Under the pieces are notes generated by a model that did no database searches, had not been told where the DNA came from, and saw only the letters and a list, made by a program, of their open reading frames with translations. This document shows positions 28,925 to 39,781 of a stretch of DNA of 64,000 bases, in pieces (the first letter of the stretch is position 1; every line of letters begins with the position of its first letter). The translations under genes were made by a program, and so were the position numbers. The stretch is from an uncultured Chloroflexia bacterium. Lineage in GTDB: Bacteria; Chloroflexota; Anaerolineae; CG2-30-64-16. The stretch lies in the NCBI GenBank assembly GCA_963810095.1, contig CAWEMM010000009.1, positions 448,001 through 512,000 on the forward strand. Direction: 5' to 3'.

Positions 28925-31595
28925 ATGCGTAGGTGGACTCGGATTGTGGCGCGGTGCTCGTCGTCGTGGTCGCGGCGGCGCTCGTGGGCGCCGCGGGCGT
29001 ACTTCTGGCGCGCCCCGCTGAATTGACTGGGGCAGGGCCGCGTGGGCGCGGAGTGACTGCTGCACCGGCCCCGGCGAGCGTGACCGGACCCCTGATTGCT
29101 TCCGGCGTCGTCGAGGCCCAGGCGCTTGACGTCGCCGCGCCGGTCTCCGGCCGGATTCGGTCCGTGCAAGTGTCGGAGGGCGAACGGGTCGTCGCGGGCC
29201 AACCCATCGCGCGGCTGGATACGGCGCTGCTCGAAGCGCAGATCGAGGCGGCCTCGGCTGCCGTGGAGGTCGCGCAGGCCCAGGTGGCCCAAGTGCGCGC
29301 CGGGCCGCGGGAAGCGGACCTGGAGGTCGCGCGTGGCGGCGGTGGGCCAGGCGCGGGCAGCAGAAGCTGCAGCACGCACCGCGGCGCAAGATGCCCGGAC
29401 GCTGGTCGGCGCGCCGGCCATCATCGACGCGCAAATTGCCCGGGCCGAGACGGATTTGCAGGTGGCCGCGGAACGGGCGAACGCGGCTGCGGCCGGGGCG
29501 ACCGCGGCCGATCTCGAACAGCAGCTCTGGGGGCGCATCGTGCAGCGCCTCGAAGCCGGGGCGGACGTGCCCTTGCCGCCTCAGCTCGGGGGCGGGACGA
29601 AGCACGTGGACGCGCCGGCCGACAAACTGGCCGAAGCACGCCTGCAGTGGAACCTGAAGAGCCAGGCTGCGTGGCAGGCCCACGCGCAGCAGGCGACGGC
29701 TGTGGCGGCGCAGAGTGCCGCCCGGCAAGCGCTCGCCGATCTCCGCACTCAGAAGGCCGATCCCGTGTTGCTGGAGGGGCAGGCGCGGACAGCAGAGGCC
29801 GCGGCGCCGGTGGCTGCGGCTGCGGTCGAGAGCGCGAGCGCAAGCCTCGAGCTGCTCCGGGCCGGGGCGCAGCCCGAGCAAATCGCGGTCGCCGAGGCTG
29901 CGGTGGGCCGCGCCGAGGCGAGCCGGCAGGTTCTCGCGGCGAAGCTTCCGCAGTACGCGGTGCTGGCGCCGCGCGACGGTGTGGTGAGCGAGCTGGTGCT
30001 GCACGCGGGTGAAGTCGCCGCCGCCGGCGCACCGATTGCCCGCCTGGAGCAGAGCGGGGCCGCCATGCTGACCGTCTACGTGCCCGAGCCGCGCATGGCC
30101 GCGGTGCTCGTCGGCGCGCCCGTCGCAGTGGCAGTCGACGCGTTTCCCGGGCGGACGTTTGGTGGGACGGTGACCTCGATCGCCGGAGAGGCCGAATTCA
30201 GCCCGAAGAACGTGCAGACGCGGGAAGAACGGGGCAGCACCGTTTTCGCCGTGAAGATTTCTGTCCCGAATGACGACGCGGCGCTGAAGGCCGGGATGCC
30301 AGCCGACGCATTCTTCTGCCCGGGCGACACGGCGTGTGAGTATCCGTTTGCCGCGCTCGCGGAGACGCAGCAGAGCCAGGTTGCCGACTTCATCGCCCGC
30401 GTGCTTCCTGCGACCCACGGCTGCGCCGGCCGCGCTCGCCCGACCTGCCGGGTCCGGCTATGCCGGCGCGTTGGAGGCGACCGAAGTGCGCGTGGCGGCC
30501 GAAGTCGGCGGGCGAGCTGTGGCGGTCGAGGCCGCGGAGGGCGACAGCGTAGAGCTTGGCCAGCTGTTGGTGACGATCGAAGGCGAGGAACTCGCCGCCC
30601 AGGCTGCGGAGGCCGAGACTGCGGTTGCGGCGGCGAAGGCGGACTTGGCCCGTGTCGCAGCGCGGCCTCAGGCCGAGCGGGTAGCCCAAGCCGAGGCTGC
30701 AGTCACGCAGGCCGAGGCCGTCGTGGGGGCTGCGAAGGCGCGGCTCGAGGCCGCCCAGGCGCAGCGCGAGCGGCCGCAAGATCTTGACAGCCAGATAAAC
30801 AACGCCCGCCAGCAGATCGCGGCGGCGACGGCAGCAGTCGATGCGGCGAAAGCCCAGCTTAAGTCGGCCCAGGTGCTGCAGGAAAGCCTCCCCAATCCTG
30901 GATCGGACGAGGACAAGACGCGCCGGGCGATTTACGACGCGCAGGTGGCCGCTGCAACGGCAGACGTGCGCGCCGCAGAAGCACAGCAGATCGGCGCACA
31001 GAAGGTCCTGGCGCGGCTGTCTGCCATCCGTGCGAACCCGGTGGCGCTTGACGCGGTGGTGCACCGGGCCGAGGGCGACGTGGCGACGGCCCAGGCGGCT
31101 GTGGCGGTTGCGCAGGCGGTGGCGGTGCAAGCGACGGCCGGTCCACCCGAGGAGGCCATGCTGACAGGCCGGGCGCGGGTGGCGCAGGCCGAGGCCGGGC
31201 GAAGGGCGGTCATGGTGGCGCTGGAAAAGCTGAAAGTGACAAGCCCCATCGCCGGGCAGGTCACGGCTCAGGGGATACACGCGGGCGAGGTAATCAGCCC
31301 GGGCGCGCCCCTATTCACCGTTGCAAACCTCGGACGCCTGAGGCTGCTCGTCTATGTGCCGGTGACGGAGATTGGCACGGTGCGGGTCGGTCAGCCCGCG
31401 ACCGTGGCGGTCGATGCGTATCCGGGGCGGGCGTTTCCGGCCACGGTCACCCGCATCGCGGAGCAGGTCGAGTTCACGCCCAAGAATGTCCAGACCGCAG
31501 AAGAGCGCGCCAAGATGGTGATCCCGGTGGAACTGACGCTGGACAACCGTGACGGCGCGCTGAGGCCGGGCATGGGTGCCGAGGCGCGTTGGTAG
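28925..31595 (+). CDS. HlyD-family efflux adaptor with two tandem membrane-fusion modules (frameshifts near 28950, 29330 and 30405)
   Basis: N-terminal TM; two lipoyl/coiled-coil/barrel modules, each with EF(S/T)PKNVQT and L(K/R)xGM motifs. Confidence 0.8.
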
Positions 31596-31621
31596 TAACC
31601 GGGCCCGCCTGGGCCGGTTTC

Positions 31622-31688
31622 ACCACAAAGACGCCAAGACGACACTAAGGCCCACGAAGTCAGCTTTGTGTCTTTGAGTCTTTGTGGT
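31622..31688. repeat. CACAAAGA periodic inverted repeat at a convergent gene junction
   Basis: accacaaagacgccaagac ... ctttgtgtctttgagtctttgtggt. Confidence 0.75.
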
Positions 31689-31707
31689 CTGCCAACTCGC
31701 CTGGGCT

Positions 31708-32839
31708 CTACTCCAGCCGGCGGGTTGCCGTCCGGATGGCGACCGTCCCCACCACCAGGCCGATGGCCAGCAGGCTGAGGGCCTGGGGCCATAGAATGTC
31801 GAGCCCGGCGCCTTTGAGCATGATGCCGCGGATCACGACCAGGTAATGCTGCAGCGGCGAAGCCTGCGCGAGCGTCGCAAAGACGGGCGGCATGTTCTTG
31901 ACCGGCGCCAGGTAGCCGCTGAGCGCGATGTCCAGCATCGCGAGCACGAACACGTAGAGCACGGCTTGCTGCTGGGTGCGCGCAAAGCTCGACAGGATGA
32001 CCCCGAAGGCTATCTCCACCGCCACGAAAAGCAGGCTGAACCCGAGGAGCAGGGCGAACGAGCCGCGTAGCGGGACCCCAAAGAATTGCTGCACCACGAA
32101 GAGCATCACCAGGAAGTCAAGCCCCCCGATGAGCCACGCCAGCGAGGCTTTGCCGGTTACAAGCTCGGTGCGTCGCAGGGGCGTCACGAGCAACCCCTCC
32201 AGCGTCCCCAGCTCGCGCTCGCGCACAAAGACGAGCGCGGCGACAGCCAGGGTCACCTGGTAGACGATAAAGCCCATCTGCGCGGGGATGGTGAAGAGGC
32301 GCGAGTTCAACGCCGGATTGTAAGCCGCGGTAGTGACGAGCGCAATAGGCGGTTGGACCGCGGTCTTGCCGCTTCGCCCGGCTGCTGCGGCCCGATCGTT
32401 CACGACGCCTTCGACCGCGAACTCGGCCGTACGCGCCACGTTTGTGGACGTGCCGTCGACAATCAGCTGGAGCTGCACCGGGTTCCGGCCCGTTTCAAGG
32501 CCGCGGCCGTAGCCCGGTGGAATGACCAGGGCCGCGACGACCTGTGCCCTCCTGGACGAGCTGGTCGATGGCTGCAGGGCCGGCGGGCGTAAAGCGCACG
32601 GTCAACTCTTGCGTGTTGTCGAGCGTAAGGGTCAGGCGCCGGCTGGCCTCGGTCCGGTCCTGGTCGACCACGGCGATGGCCAGATCGTTGATGCCGCGGC
32701 CCGTCGAGCCGGCGAGCAGCACCAACTGGGCAACGGGAAAGAGCAGGATGAGCAGGAGCATGCGCCGGTCACGCAGCAGCTGGATCAACTCCTTGACAAA
32801 CAGGCTGGCGATGCGGCCGAGCGCGCTACGCTCGATCAT
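31708..32839 (-). CDS. ABC-2 type permease (frameshifts near 32490-32550)
   Basis: KELIQLLRDRR; RERELGTLEGLLVTP; LSGYLAPVKNMP. Confidence 0.88.
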
Positions 32840-33978
32840 GCGACCCGCTTCCGGAAGGTCAGGAGGCTGAAGCCGAGGGTCAGGAGCGCGGTCAGCGCGA
32901 GCAGCCCGGCCGGCGCAGCCAGTTCGTGCAAGGTTGCGCCTTTGAGAAAGATGCCACGGGTGATCGCGACAAAGTGCGTCGTCGGCAGGCTGTAGGAGAG
33001 GAGCGCGGTGCGCCACGACGACGTGTTGACGGGCAGGATCAGGCCCGAGAGGAAGAAGCCGGGCACAAAAAACACCAGCAGCACGACGAGCATGGCGGTC
33101 TGCTGCGAGCTGACCAGGCGCGAGATCAGCAGCGCAATCCCCATCGTGGCGAGATAGAAGTCGACGGTCAGGAGGAGGAGCAGGCCGGTGCTGCCGCGCA
33201 GGGGCACCCGGAACCAGAGGACCGCGACCGCGACTGCGAGGGCCAGGCTCAGCGCGCCGCTGAGCACGTAGGCGAGGACCTTGCCGAGCAGGTATTCTGA
33301 CCCGCGCACGGGGGAAGCCACCAGTGCCTCGAGCGTGCCGACTTCAGACTCGCGCGTCACGGCCAGCGTCAAGGCCAGGGCCGGGAGCGTCAGCACGATC
33401 GCCAGCAGGCCGGGCACCATGCCCCACTGGGATTTGAGCGTGCTGTTGAACCAGATGCGGGTGGCGACGGGGATGCCGGCCTCACGCGTCGAGGGGAACG
33501 CGTCACCCGCCAGGCGCGTGCCGAACGCCGCGGACTGCCGGCCGAGGTTGCTCAGGGCCTGGGATGCGGAGATGGCGTCCGTGCCGTCCGCTGTGGCGAG
33601 GATTTGCGGTCCGGCCTCGGCCGCGAACGACGCGCGCCAGCGTTCGAAACGAGACTCGAACCCGGCGGGAATGGTGACCGTGATATCCGCTTTTCCACCA
33701 TATAGCGTTTCGGCCAGCCCGGCGCTGCTGTCCGACGTCTCGGCGACGGCAAACGAGCCATCCGCCGTCAGGCTGGACAGGAAGCTGCGCGAGAGCGGAG
33801 AGCGGTCCTGGTCCAGCCATGCCAGTCGCACCGTGCCGATATCGAACGAAAACAGGTAGGCCAGGACGAACAGGATGAAGGCCGGCGAGAGGGTGACCAG
33901 AAAGAAGATGCGGGCGTCCCGCGTGATGTGGCGCAGCTCTTTGCGGGTGATGGCGGAGACCCGGGCGGGCGAAAACAT
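32836..33978 (-). CDS. ABC-2 type permease
   Basis: KELRHITRD; RESEVGTLEALVASP; LSGLILP. Confidence 0.9.
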   Translation of the reverse strand: MFSPARVSAITRKELRHITRDARIFFLVTLSPAFILFVLAYLFSFDIGTVRLAWLDQDRSPLSRSFLSSLTADGSFAVAETSDSSAGLAETLYGGKADITVTIPAGFESRFERWRASFAAEAGPQILATADGTDAISASQALSNLGRQSAAFGTRLAGDAFPSTREAGIPVATRIWFNSTLKSQWGMVPGLLAIVLTLPALALTLAVTRESEVGTLEALVASPVRGSEYLLGKVLAYVLSGALSLALAVAVAVLWFRVPLRGSTGLLLLLTVDFYLATMGIALLISRLVSSQQTAMLVVLLVFFVPGFFLSGLILPVNTSSWRTALLSYSLPTTHFVAITRGIFLKGATLHELAAPAGLLALTALLTLGFSLLTFRKRVA

Positions 33979-33987
33979 GGCCGCAGG

Positions 33988-34686
33988 CTAGCGCTTCGTG
34001 GGCTTTTCCGAGTCGGAGATGGGCACGGTCCGCGTTGCCGGCTTCTTCTGGGCGAGCGGCGCGGACAGCGAGGACAAGACCGGGCGAAGCGACCGATTCA
34101 ACACGCTGCGTTTGCGCCACGCCACGATACCTGCGCCGATCAGGAGGGCTGCGGCGGCGAAGTAAACCTTGTAGCGGTCAAGCGCGGGACTCATGTTCTG
34201 CCACTCGTTGCCCAGCGCAAAGCCGAGCGCCATGTAGCCGACGATCCACATGGTGTTGCCGATGATGGCGCCCAAGATGAACCGGCTCAAGGGAAAGCGG
34301 CTGGAACCGGCGATCAGATTGATCGGAATGCCGATTGGCGCAAACAGCCAACGGGTCAGGTAGACGGTGAGGCTGGGGCGCAGCTTGAAGCGGCTTTCTG
34401 CCACGTCATAAGCGGCGGCGAAACGGGCGCCGGCGCGCGTGCGGGCAAGCGGCCCAAGCTGGCGTCCGATGGCATAGTACAGCAGCTCCGCCACGAGGGC
34501 TCCGCCCGCGGTCACCAGCACCGCGGTGGGCAGATGCATGTGGCCCTGCCTCACCAGTGCACCCGCAGCAATCATCAGCACCGGCACCGGCAGGGGCACG
34601 CCGAGCGCGCAGACGAAAGCCACCAGTCCCAGCGTCATGGGACCGTTGAACATAAGCCACTCGAGCAGGGTGCGGGTAAGATCCAC
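33988..34686 (-). CDS. DedA/VTT family membrane protein; start approximate
   Basis: GVPLP, YYAIGR, TRWLF, NLIAG pattern. Confidence 0.85.
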   Translation of the reverse strand: MDLTRTLLEWLMFNGPMTLGLVAFVCALGVPLPVPVLMIAAGALVRQGHMHLPTAVLVTAGGALVAELLYYAIGRQLGPLARTRAGARFAAAYDVAESRFKLRPSLTVYLTRWLFAPIGIPINLIAGSSRFPLSRFILGAIIGNTMWIVGYMALGFALGNEWQNMSPALDRYKVYFAAAALLIGAGIVAWRKRSVLNRSLRPVLSSLSAPLAQKKPATRTVPISDSEKPTKR

Positions 34687-34790
34687 GATACTGACTGCGT
34701 CCTCAGCTAAACCAACGTATGAAGCCCCCAAAAGGTGCCTTTATTATCTCTGATTTGGCGCCAAGTGGGAAATCCGAGCGCCGGGAGCCC

Positions 34791-35748
34791 TCACGGTAGG
34801 ACCTCGGGCACACGCATGAGCGACAGGCACACAGGGTCGAAATAGCGGGGCCAGAAACTGGCGGCCTCAGGGTTGAACGACTCGAAGTTGGTATAGAGCC
34901 CGGCCATGCCCAAGCCGGAATAGTGTTCAAGCGCAGCTTGGAGCAAGGCCTTACCCACCCCGCGGCCGCGATACTCCGGCCGTAAGTAGGCGCCGTTGCA
35001 GAAGGCGGCCGCGCCCGACTGGAGCACCGCCACCGCGTCAAAGTCGTAGCCCGTGAACCGCATGAAACCAACCGGTGCCGAACCGTCGAGGGCGAGCCAG
35101 ACGCTGTTCTTCGGGCGCTGGCCGAACTCTGCAAAGGCAGATGGGCTGTCGGCGCTAGGAGGGGCCATGAAGAGCGGCGCGGCCGAGTAGTGCGCGACAT
35201 GCTCAGCGTCCAGGCGCGCTAGAGCAAGCCAGTCGGTTTCTCCGGATGCACGCCGGATCGTCAGTTCGGTCTTCGGAATTGGGACCAAGGACACTGCCGG
35301 ACGCACTGCATCGACCACCGCCAGCCCGAAGCCGCTCCAGAACCATGCCTCGCGGCCCTCCTGGTCGTTCGCCAGCAGGGTGATCGCATGAACCTCGCAT
35401 CTACTCTCTGCCCAGCGGGCAGAGGCGGCCCGGTACAGCGCCGCGTAAATCTCCGCCCGCCTTCCGGCCGCTGCCCCGTGCGCCCACTCCGGCACGTATG
35501 CGCCGCGTCTCGCCGACCCCCGGAACCGCTCGATCTCCCACCATGCCAGGTAACCGAGCAGGCGCCCGTCTTCCATGGCGGCCAGGCTGCGCGAGCTCAT
35601 CCTGCCGATCTTCTCGGAGACCAGGTGGGGGTCCTCGAGGGGGTCGGGCAGCACGGGGAAACTGGCGCGCAGGCCGCGCGAACTGCCCGGCGAACAGCCT
35701 GGCCGCCTCGAGAGTGCGTTCCGGGTCGAGAGCTTCGACTCTAATCAC
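34791..35748 (-). CDS. GNAT family N-acetyltransferase (frameshift near 35670)
   Basis: YLRPEYRGRGVGKALL acetyl-CoA motif; NPEAASFW; N-terminus in ORF 35401..35748. Confidence 0.85.
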
Positions 35749-35767
35749 CGGCTCTCAGGCTCGCTTT

Positions 35768-36841
35768 CTAGGGTGCGACCGTCGCGCTGGGCTTCGCCGT
35801 GGGCCTGGCGGCCGGCACGGTGAAACCAGGCGGCGGCGCGGGACACTTGCCGGTCGTCTTCCCCAGGTCGGCCAGCGGTTTCGCGGTGAAGATCTCCCCC
35901 AGCCGCTGCTTCAGGCTGGCCTGGTCCTTGATGACCAGAACGGACGCGCCCCCTTTGGTCCTGTAGGGCTTGATCACGTCGGGTGCGAGGGCGGTGCCGG
36001 TCACCTTGGTCGAGTCAAGCTGGAGGCCGAAGCGGGCGAGCCGCAGCACGTCGAGAACCCCGAGGTCGGTGCTGAACGTGCCGGCGAGCGCGCTCCACAA
36101 CTGGGGAATGCGCGGCAAGATGTTAATGCTCTCGGCCTGGTTCCGGAGGGCCCAGATGAGCTGCTGTTGGCGCTTCGCCCGGCCAAAGTCGGAGGTGAGG
36201 TAGCGATAGGTGGCGAACTTGCGCGCCTGCTCACCATTCAGCTTGACTTCGCCCGCGGGCAGCGACCAGTTCACCAGCTTGTTCGGGTTTTTCGGGTCGG
36301 GCGTCTGCTCGTAGAGGGGGCAGTCGAGCTTCACCGTAACCCCTCCGAGGGCGTCGACCAGCTTTGCCAGGCCATCCATTTTGATCAGCACCACGTGCTG
36401 GATCGGCACCCCGAGCGTCTTCTCCGCCACCGCCTTGGCCAGAGCCGGGCTGCCGCCCTTATATTTGGTGTAGTCGCCCAGGAAATAGGCGGAGTTGATG
36501 CGGTCGGCCCCCCAGCCGGGAATGTCGACCCACAAGTCACGCGGCACGCTGAGAATCCCGACCTGCTGCGTGTCATGGTCGATCGACATCAGCATGATCG
36601 AGTCCGTGTGCATCATCCAGGGGCCGGGCCGTACGTCCGCGCCAAGCACCAGGAAGTTCTCTGTGCGCTGCAAGCGCGTGGGGTCGGGCGTTGGGGTTGG
36701 CGTGCCAGGCGTTGGCGAAGGAGGCGGTGTAGAGGTCTGCGCAGCGACCGGCAGCACCGGCGTCACGAGCAGGGCCATCGCCACGGTCAGGACGAAAACT
36801 CTGAGCAACAGGTTTCGATGGGAAGGGGAGGTCGTGATCAT
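35768..36841 (-). CDS. LytR-CpsA-Psr (LCP) family glycopolymer transferase
   Basis: LVLGAD, TDSIML, SVPRDLWV, RINSAY, SDFGRAKRQQ. Confidence 0.92.
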   Translation of the reverse strand: MITTSPSHRNLLLRVFVLTVAMALLVTPVLPVAAQTSTPPPSPTPGTPTPTPDPTRLQRTENFLVLGADVRPGPWMMHTDSIMLMSIDHDTQQVGILSVPRDLWVDIPGWGADRINSAYFLGDYTKYKGGSPALAKAVAEKTLGVPIQHVVLIKMDGLAKLVDALGGVTVKLDCPLYEQTPDPKNPNKLVNWSLPAGEVKLNGEQARKFATYRYLTSDFGRAKRQQQLIWALRNQAESINILPRIPQLWSALAGTFSTDLGVLDVLRLARFGLQLDSTKVTGTALAPDVIKPYRTKGGASVLVIKDQASLKQRLGEIFTAKPLADLGKTTGKCPAPPPGFTVPAARPTAKPSATVAP

Positions 36842-36950
36842 GACTTGAGTATACCCCAGGCTGGAATGGCCGCGCACATTGGACGCGACCCTGTTTTCGC
36901 GCTATACTGCACAGACTCCAGTGCTCCCAGATTCGTTCCAGGTGTCGTTT

Positions 36951-39245
36951 ATGTTTTATCCAGCCATCATCGCGGTCTTGCTGCTCATCATCGTGGCGCT
37001 TTCCGTCGCCGTGGTGGTGCTGTGGCGTCGATCGCGAGAGGTCGTTTTCGGGCTGGACGAAATTGCCGAGGACGTCCTCAAGTCGCTCTATCACCTCGGC
37101 CGGCAATCTCCCGTGGTCTCCTCGCGTGACCTCATTCGTGGCTCAGAACTCCAGCCGAACCGGTACCCCATCATTGCCGCCGAGCTCGAGCGGCGGAAGT
37201 GGGCCGTGGTGGACAGCCCGCCGTCGGGAGGGCCTGGCCTTAGGATCACGCCGGCGGGCGAGCGTCGCGCGCTCGAGCTGATCCGCGCGCATCGCCTTTG
37301 GGAGCGCTATCTCGCGGACAAGGAAGGGCGTCCGATCACCGCGCTGCACGACGAGGCCATGCGCCGCGAGCACCTCGCGACGCCCGAGCAGGTCGACGCA
37401 CTGGCAAGGGAACTGGGTGACCCCCAATTCGATCCGCACGGCGATCCAATTCCAACGGCCACAGGCGAGATGCCGCAGGCCGACGAGGGCACCCCGCTCA
37501 CCCGGTGGCCGGTCCACCGGGCCGGCCGCATCGTGCACGTGGAGGACGAACCCCCCGCGCTGTTTAGCCAGCTCGCGCTGATTGGCTTGACTCCCGGCGC
37601 ACAGGTCGAGATTGACGAGCGCATGCCCGCGCAGGTGCTCGTGTGGTCGGGCCGCCAGCGGCTAACCCTCGCGCCCGCGGCCGCCGAGCGCGTGTTCGTG
37701 GTCGATGCGCCCCCCGCAGCGCTCCCGTTGTCCGAGATGGAGATCGGGCAGGCCGGCCGGGTCGTCGGGATCGGCCAGGGGGTGGGGCTGGCCGACCGGC
37801 TACGCCAGACCGGCGTTCGCCCCGGCGTCGAGATTTCGGCGGTCGGCGTCGACCCTATTGGTGAGCCGGTGCGATACCGGGTCAACGGCAGCAGTGATTT
37901 CGGCCTATCGCGGATCGAGGCCAACCAGATCGTACTCGACGCGGGATCGATTCGCGAGATCGTCCTGCCCCGGCAGCCTTGGTTGCAGGAACAGGCGGAG
38001 CGGGTCCGCGAGCTGTTCCGGCGCTATGGCAGCATGGTCGTGTTCCGGCGCGCACTTGTCTTCTTTGGCCCGGCCTTCGTCATCAGCGTGGGATACATGG
38101 ACCCGGGCAACTGGGGCACAGACATCGAAGGTGGCGCGCGTTTCGGATATCAGCTGCTGTGGGTGATCTTCCTTGCCAACCTGATGGCGATCCTCCTGCA
38201 GATCCTGTCGGCGAAACTGGGCATTGCGACCAGTCGGACGCTGCCCGAGGTGTGCCGCGATCATTATCCCCGCTGGGCCGCCATCACCCTATGGATCACG
38301 GCAGAGCTGGCCGCCATCATGACGGACCTGGCAGAGTTTCTCGGCGGCGCGGTCGGTCTGAACCTGCTGTTCCACATTCCGCTGTTCCCCGCCGCACTCC
38401 TGACAGGCGTGATTATCTCCGGGATTCTGTATCTTGAACGGTATGGGATGCGCAAGGTGGAGATGGTTGTGCTGGCGCTCATTGCGGTCATCGGCTTCGG
38501 CTACATGGCCGAGATGTTCCTGGTGAAGCCGCCGCTCGGCTCCATCCTGCACGGCCTGTTCGTGCCTTCGCTGCCGGTCGGCGCCACCCTCGTGGCCGTC
38601 GGCATCATCGGTGCAACGGTCATGCCGCACAACCTGTATCTGCACAGCGCCCTGATCCAGTCGCGCTTCCGGCCCAGCGATTCGCTGCAGCGCAAGCAGG
38701 AAGTCTATCGCATGTCGATCGTCGACTCAGTGGTAGCGCTGAACGGCGCACTCCTGGTGAACTGCGCGATCCTGATCATGTCGGCAAATGCGTTCTCGGG
38801 TGGGCGATTGACCAATTACTCTCTCGAATCCGCCTACCAAACCCTGACGCCGCTGCTCGGTCCTGCGGCGGGCGTCGTGTTTGCCATTACGCTCCTGGCC
38901 TCCGGCCTGTCATCCTCGACGACTGCGACGATGGCCGGGCAGGTGATCATGGAAGGCTTCATCCACCACAAGATGAATGTGTGGCTGCGGCGGGCAATTA
39001 CCATGATCCCCACACTGGTCATCATTGGCCTCGGCATCGACCCGCTGCGCATCCTCGTGCTGTCGCAGGTGAGCCTGGCCTTCCAATTGCCCTTCGCCGT
39101 GATCCCGCTCGTGCTCTTCACCTCAAACCGCAAGATCATGGGCCCCTTCACCAACACCCGCCTCACCAAGGTCTTGGCCTGGGGAGCGACGGCTGTGATC
39201 CTATCTCTAAACATCGTGCTGTTGCTCCAGACATTTGCAAGTTAG
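36951..39245 (+). CDS. Fusion: TM anchor + DtxR/MntR-like domain + 2 FeoA domains + Nramp (MntH-like) divalent metal transporter
   Basis: RAHRLWERYL, HDEAMRREH, DPHGDPIP; two FeoA repeats; GYMDPGNW and GATVMPHNLYLHS, all in one open frame. Confidence 0.88.
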   Translation: MFYPAIIAVLLLIIVALSVAVVVLWRRSREVVFGLDEIAEDVLKSLYHLGRQSPVVSSRDLIRGSELQPNRYPIIAAELERRKWAVVDSPPSGGPGLRITPAGERRALELIRAHRLWERYLADKEGRPITALHDEAMRREHLATPEQVDALARELGDPQFDPHGDPIPTATGEMPQADEGTPLTRWPVHRAGRIVHVEDEPPALFSQLALIGLTPGAQVEIDERMPAQVLVWSGRQRLTLAPAAAERVFVVDAPPAALPLSEMEIGQAGRVVGIGQGVGLADRLRQTGVRPGVEISAVGVDPIGEPVRYRVNGSSDFGLSRIEANQIVLDAGSIREIVLPRQPWLQEQAERVRELFRRYGSMVVFRRALVFFGPAFVISVGYMDPGNWGTDIEGGARFGYQLLWVIFLANLMAILLQILSAKLGIATSRTLPEVCRDHYPRWAAITLWITAELAAIMTDLAEFLGGAVGLNLLFHIPLFPAALLTGVIISGILYLERYGMRKVEMVVLALIAVIGFGYMAEMFLVKPPLGSILHGLFVPSLPVGATLVAVGIIGATVMPHNLYLHSALIQSRFRPSDSLQRKQEVYRMSIVDSVVALNGALLVNCAILIMSANAFSGGRLTNYSLESAYQTLTPLLGPAAGVVFAITLLASGLSSSTTATMAGQVIMEGFIHHKMNVWLRRAITMIPTLVIIGLGIDPLRILVLSQVSLAFQLPFAVIPLVLFTSNRKIMGPFTNTRLTKVLAWGATAVILSLNIVLLLQTFAS

Positions 39246-39276
39246 GCTGATTCTCAGTTCTTTAAGGCGCAGGCTA

Positions 39277-39306
39277 TTGACATCGCTTGCGTTTAGCTCG
39301 TATAGT
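39277..39306 (+). promoter_or_regulatory. Sigma70-type promoter of the Rrf2 gene
   Basis: TTGACA-18 nt-TATAGT. Confidence 0.75.
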
Positions 39307-39315
39307 ACCCTCAGT

Positions 39316-39338
39316 TCTCCTACTACTTCACTAGGCTA
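39316..39338. promoter_or_regulatory. Candidate Rrf2 operator, copy 1
   Basis: TCTCCTA-CTACTTCAC-TAGGCTA just downstream of the -10 box. Confidence 0.6.
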
Positions 39339-39346
39339 TATGTGAG

Positions 39347-39781
39347 ATGAAGCTATCGAAGCGCGGCGAGTACGGTTTGCGTGCAATGGTCGACTTGGCC
39401 TCCCAGCCAGTCGGCGCCGTCGTGTCCACTAAGGACATTGCCCAGCGCGAGCAAATACCGGCCAAATTCCTGGAGCAGATCCTGCTCGCGCTGCGCAACG
39501 CCGGCCTGCTGCACAGCCGAATGGGCCTGGGCGGCGGCTACGCGCTGGCGAAGCCGGCCGCCGATATCACGTTGGGGCAGATCGTGCGTGTTTTGGACGG
39601 ACCTTTGGCGCCCATTCGCTGCGTGAGCCAGATGGCCTACGAGCCATGCGCCTGCCCGGACGAGAAGACCTGCGGGCTGCGGCTCGTAATGTCGGACGTC
39701 CGCAACGCGATTTCGTCCATCCTGGATCGAACGACCCTGGCCGATGTGGCGCACCGCGTGGAGGCGGCGCGTCTCCTGTAG
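39347..39781 (+). CDS. Rrf2 family transcriptional regulator with Cys cluster
   Basis: GEYGLRAM, FLEQIL, GGGYALAKP, DGPLAPIRC...CACPDEKTC. Confidence 0.95.
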   Translation: MKLSKRGEYGLRAMVDLASQPVGAVVSTKDIAQREQIPAKFLEQILLALRNAGLLHSRMGLGGGYALAKPAADITLGQIVRVLDGPLAPIRCVSQMAYEPCACPDEKTCGLRLVMSDVRNAISSILDRTTLADVAHRVEAARLL

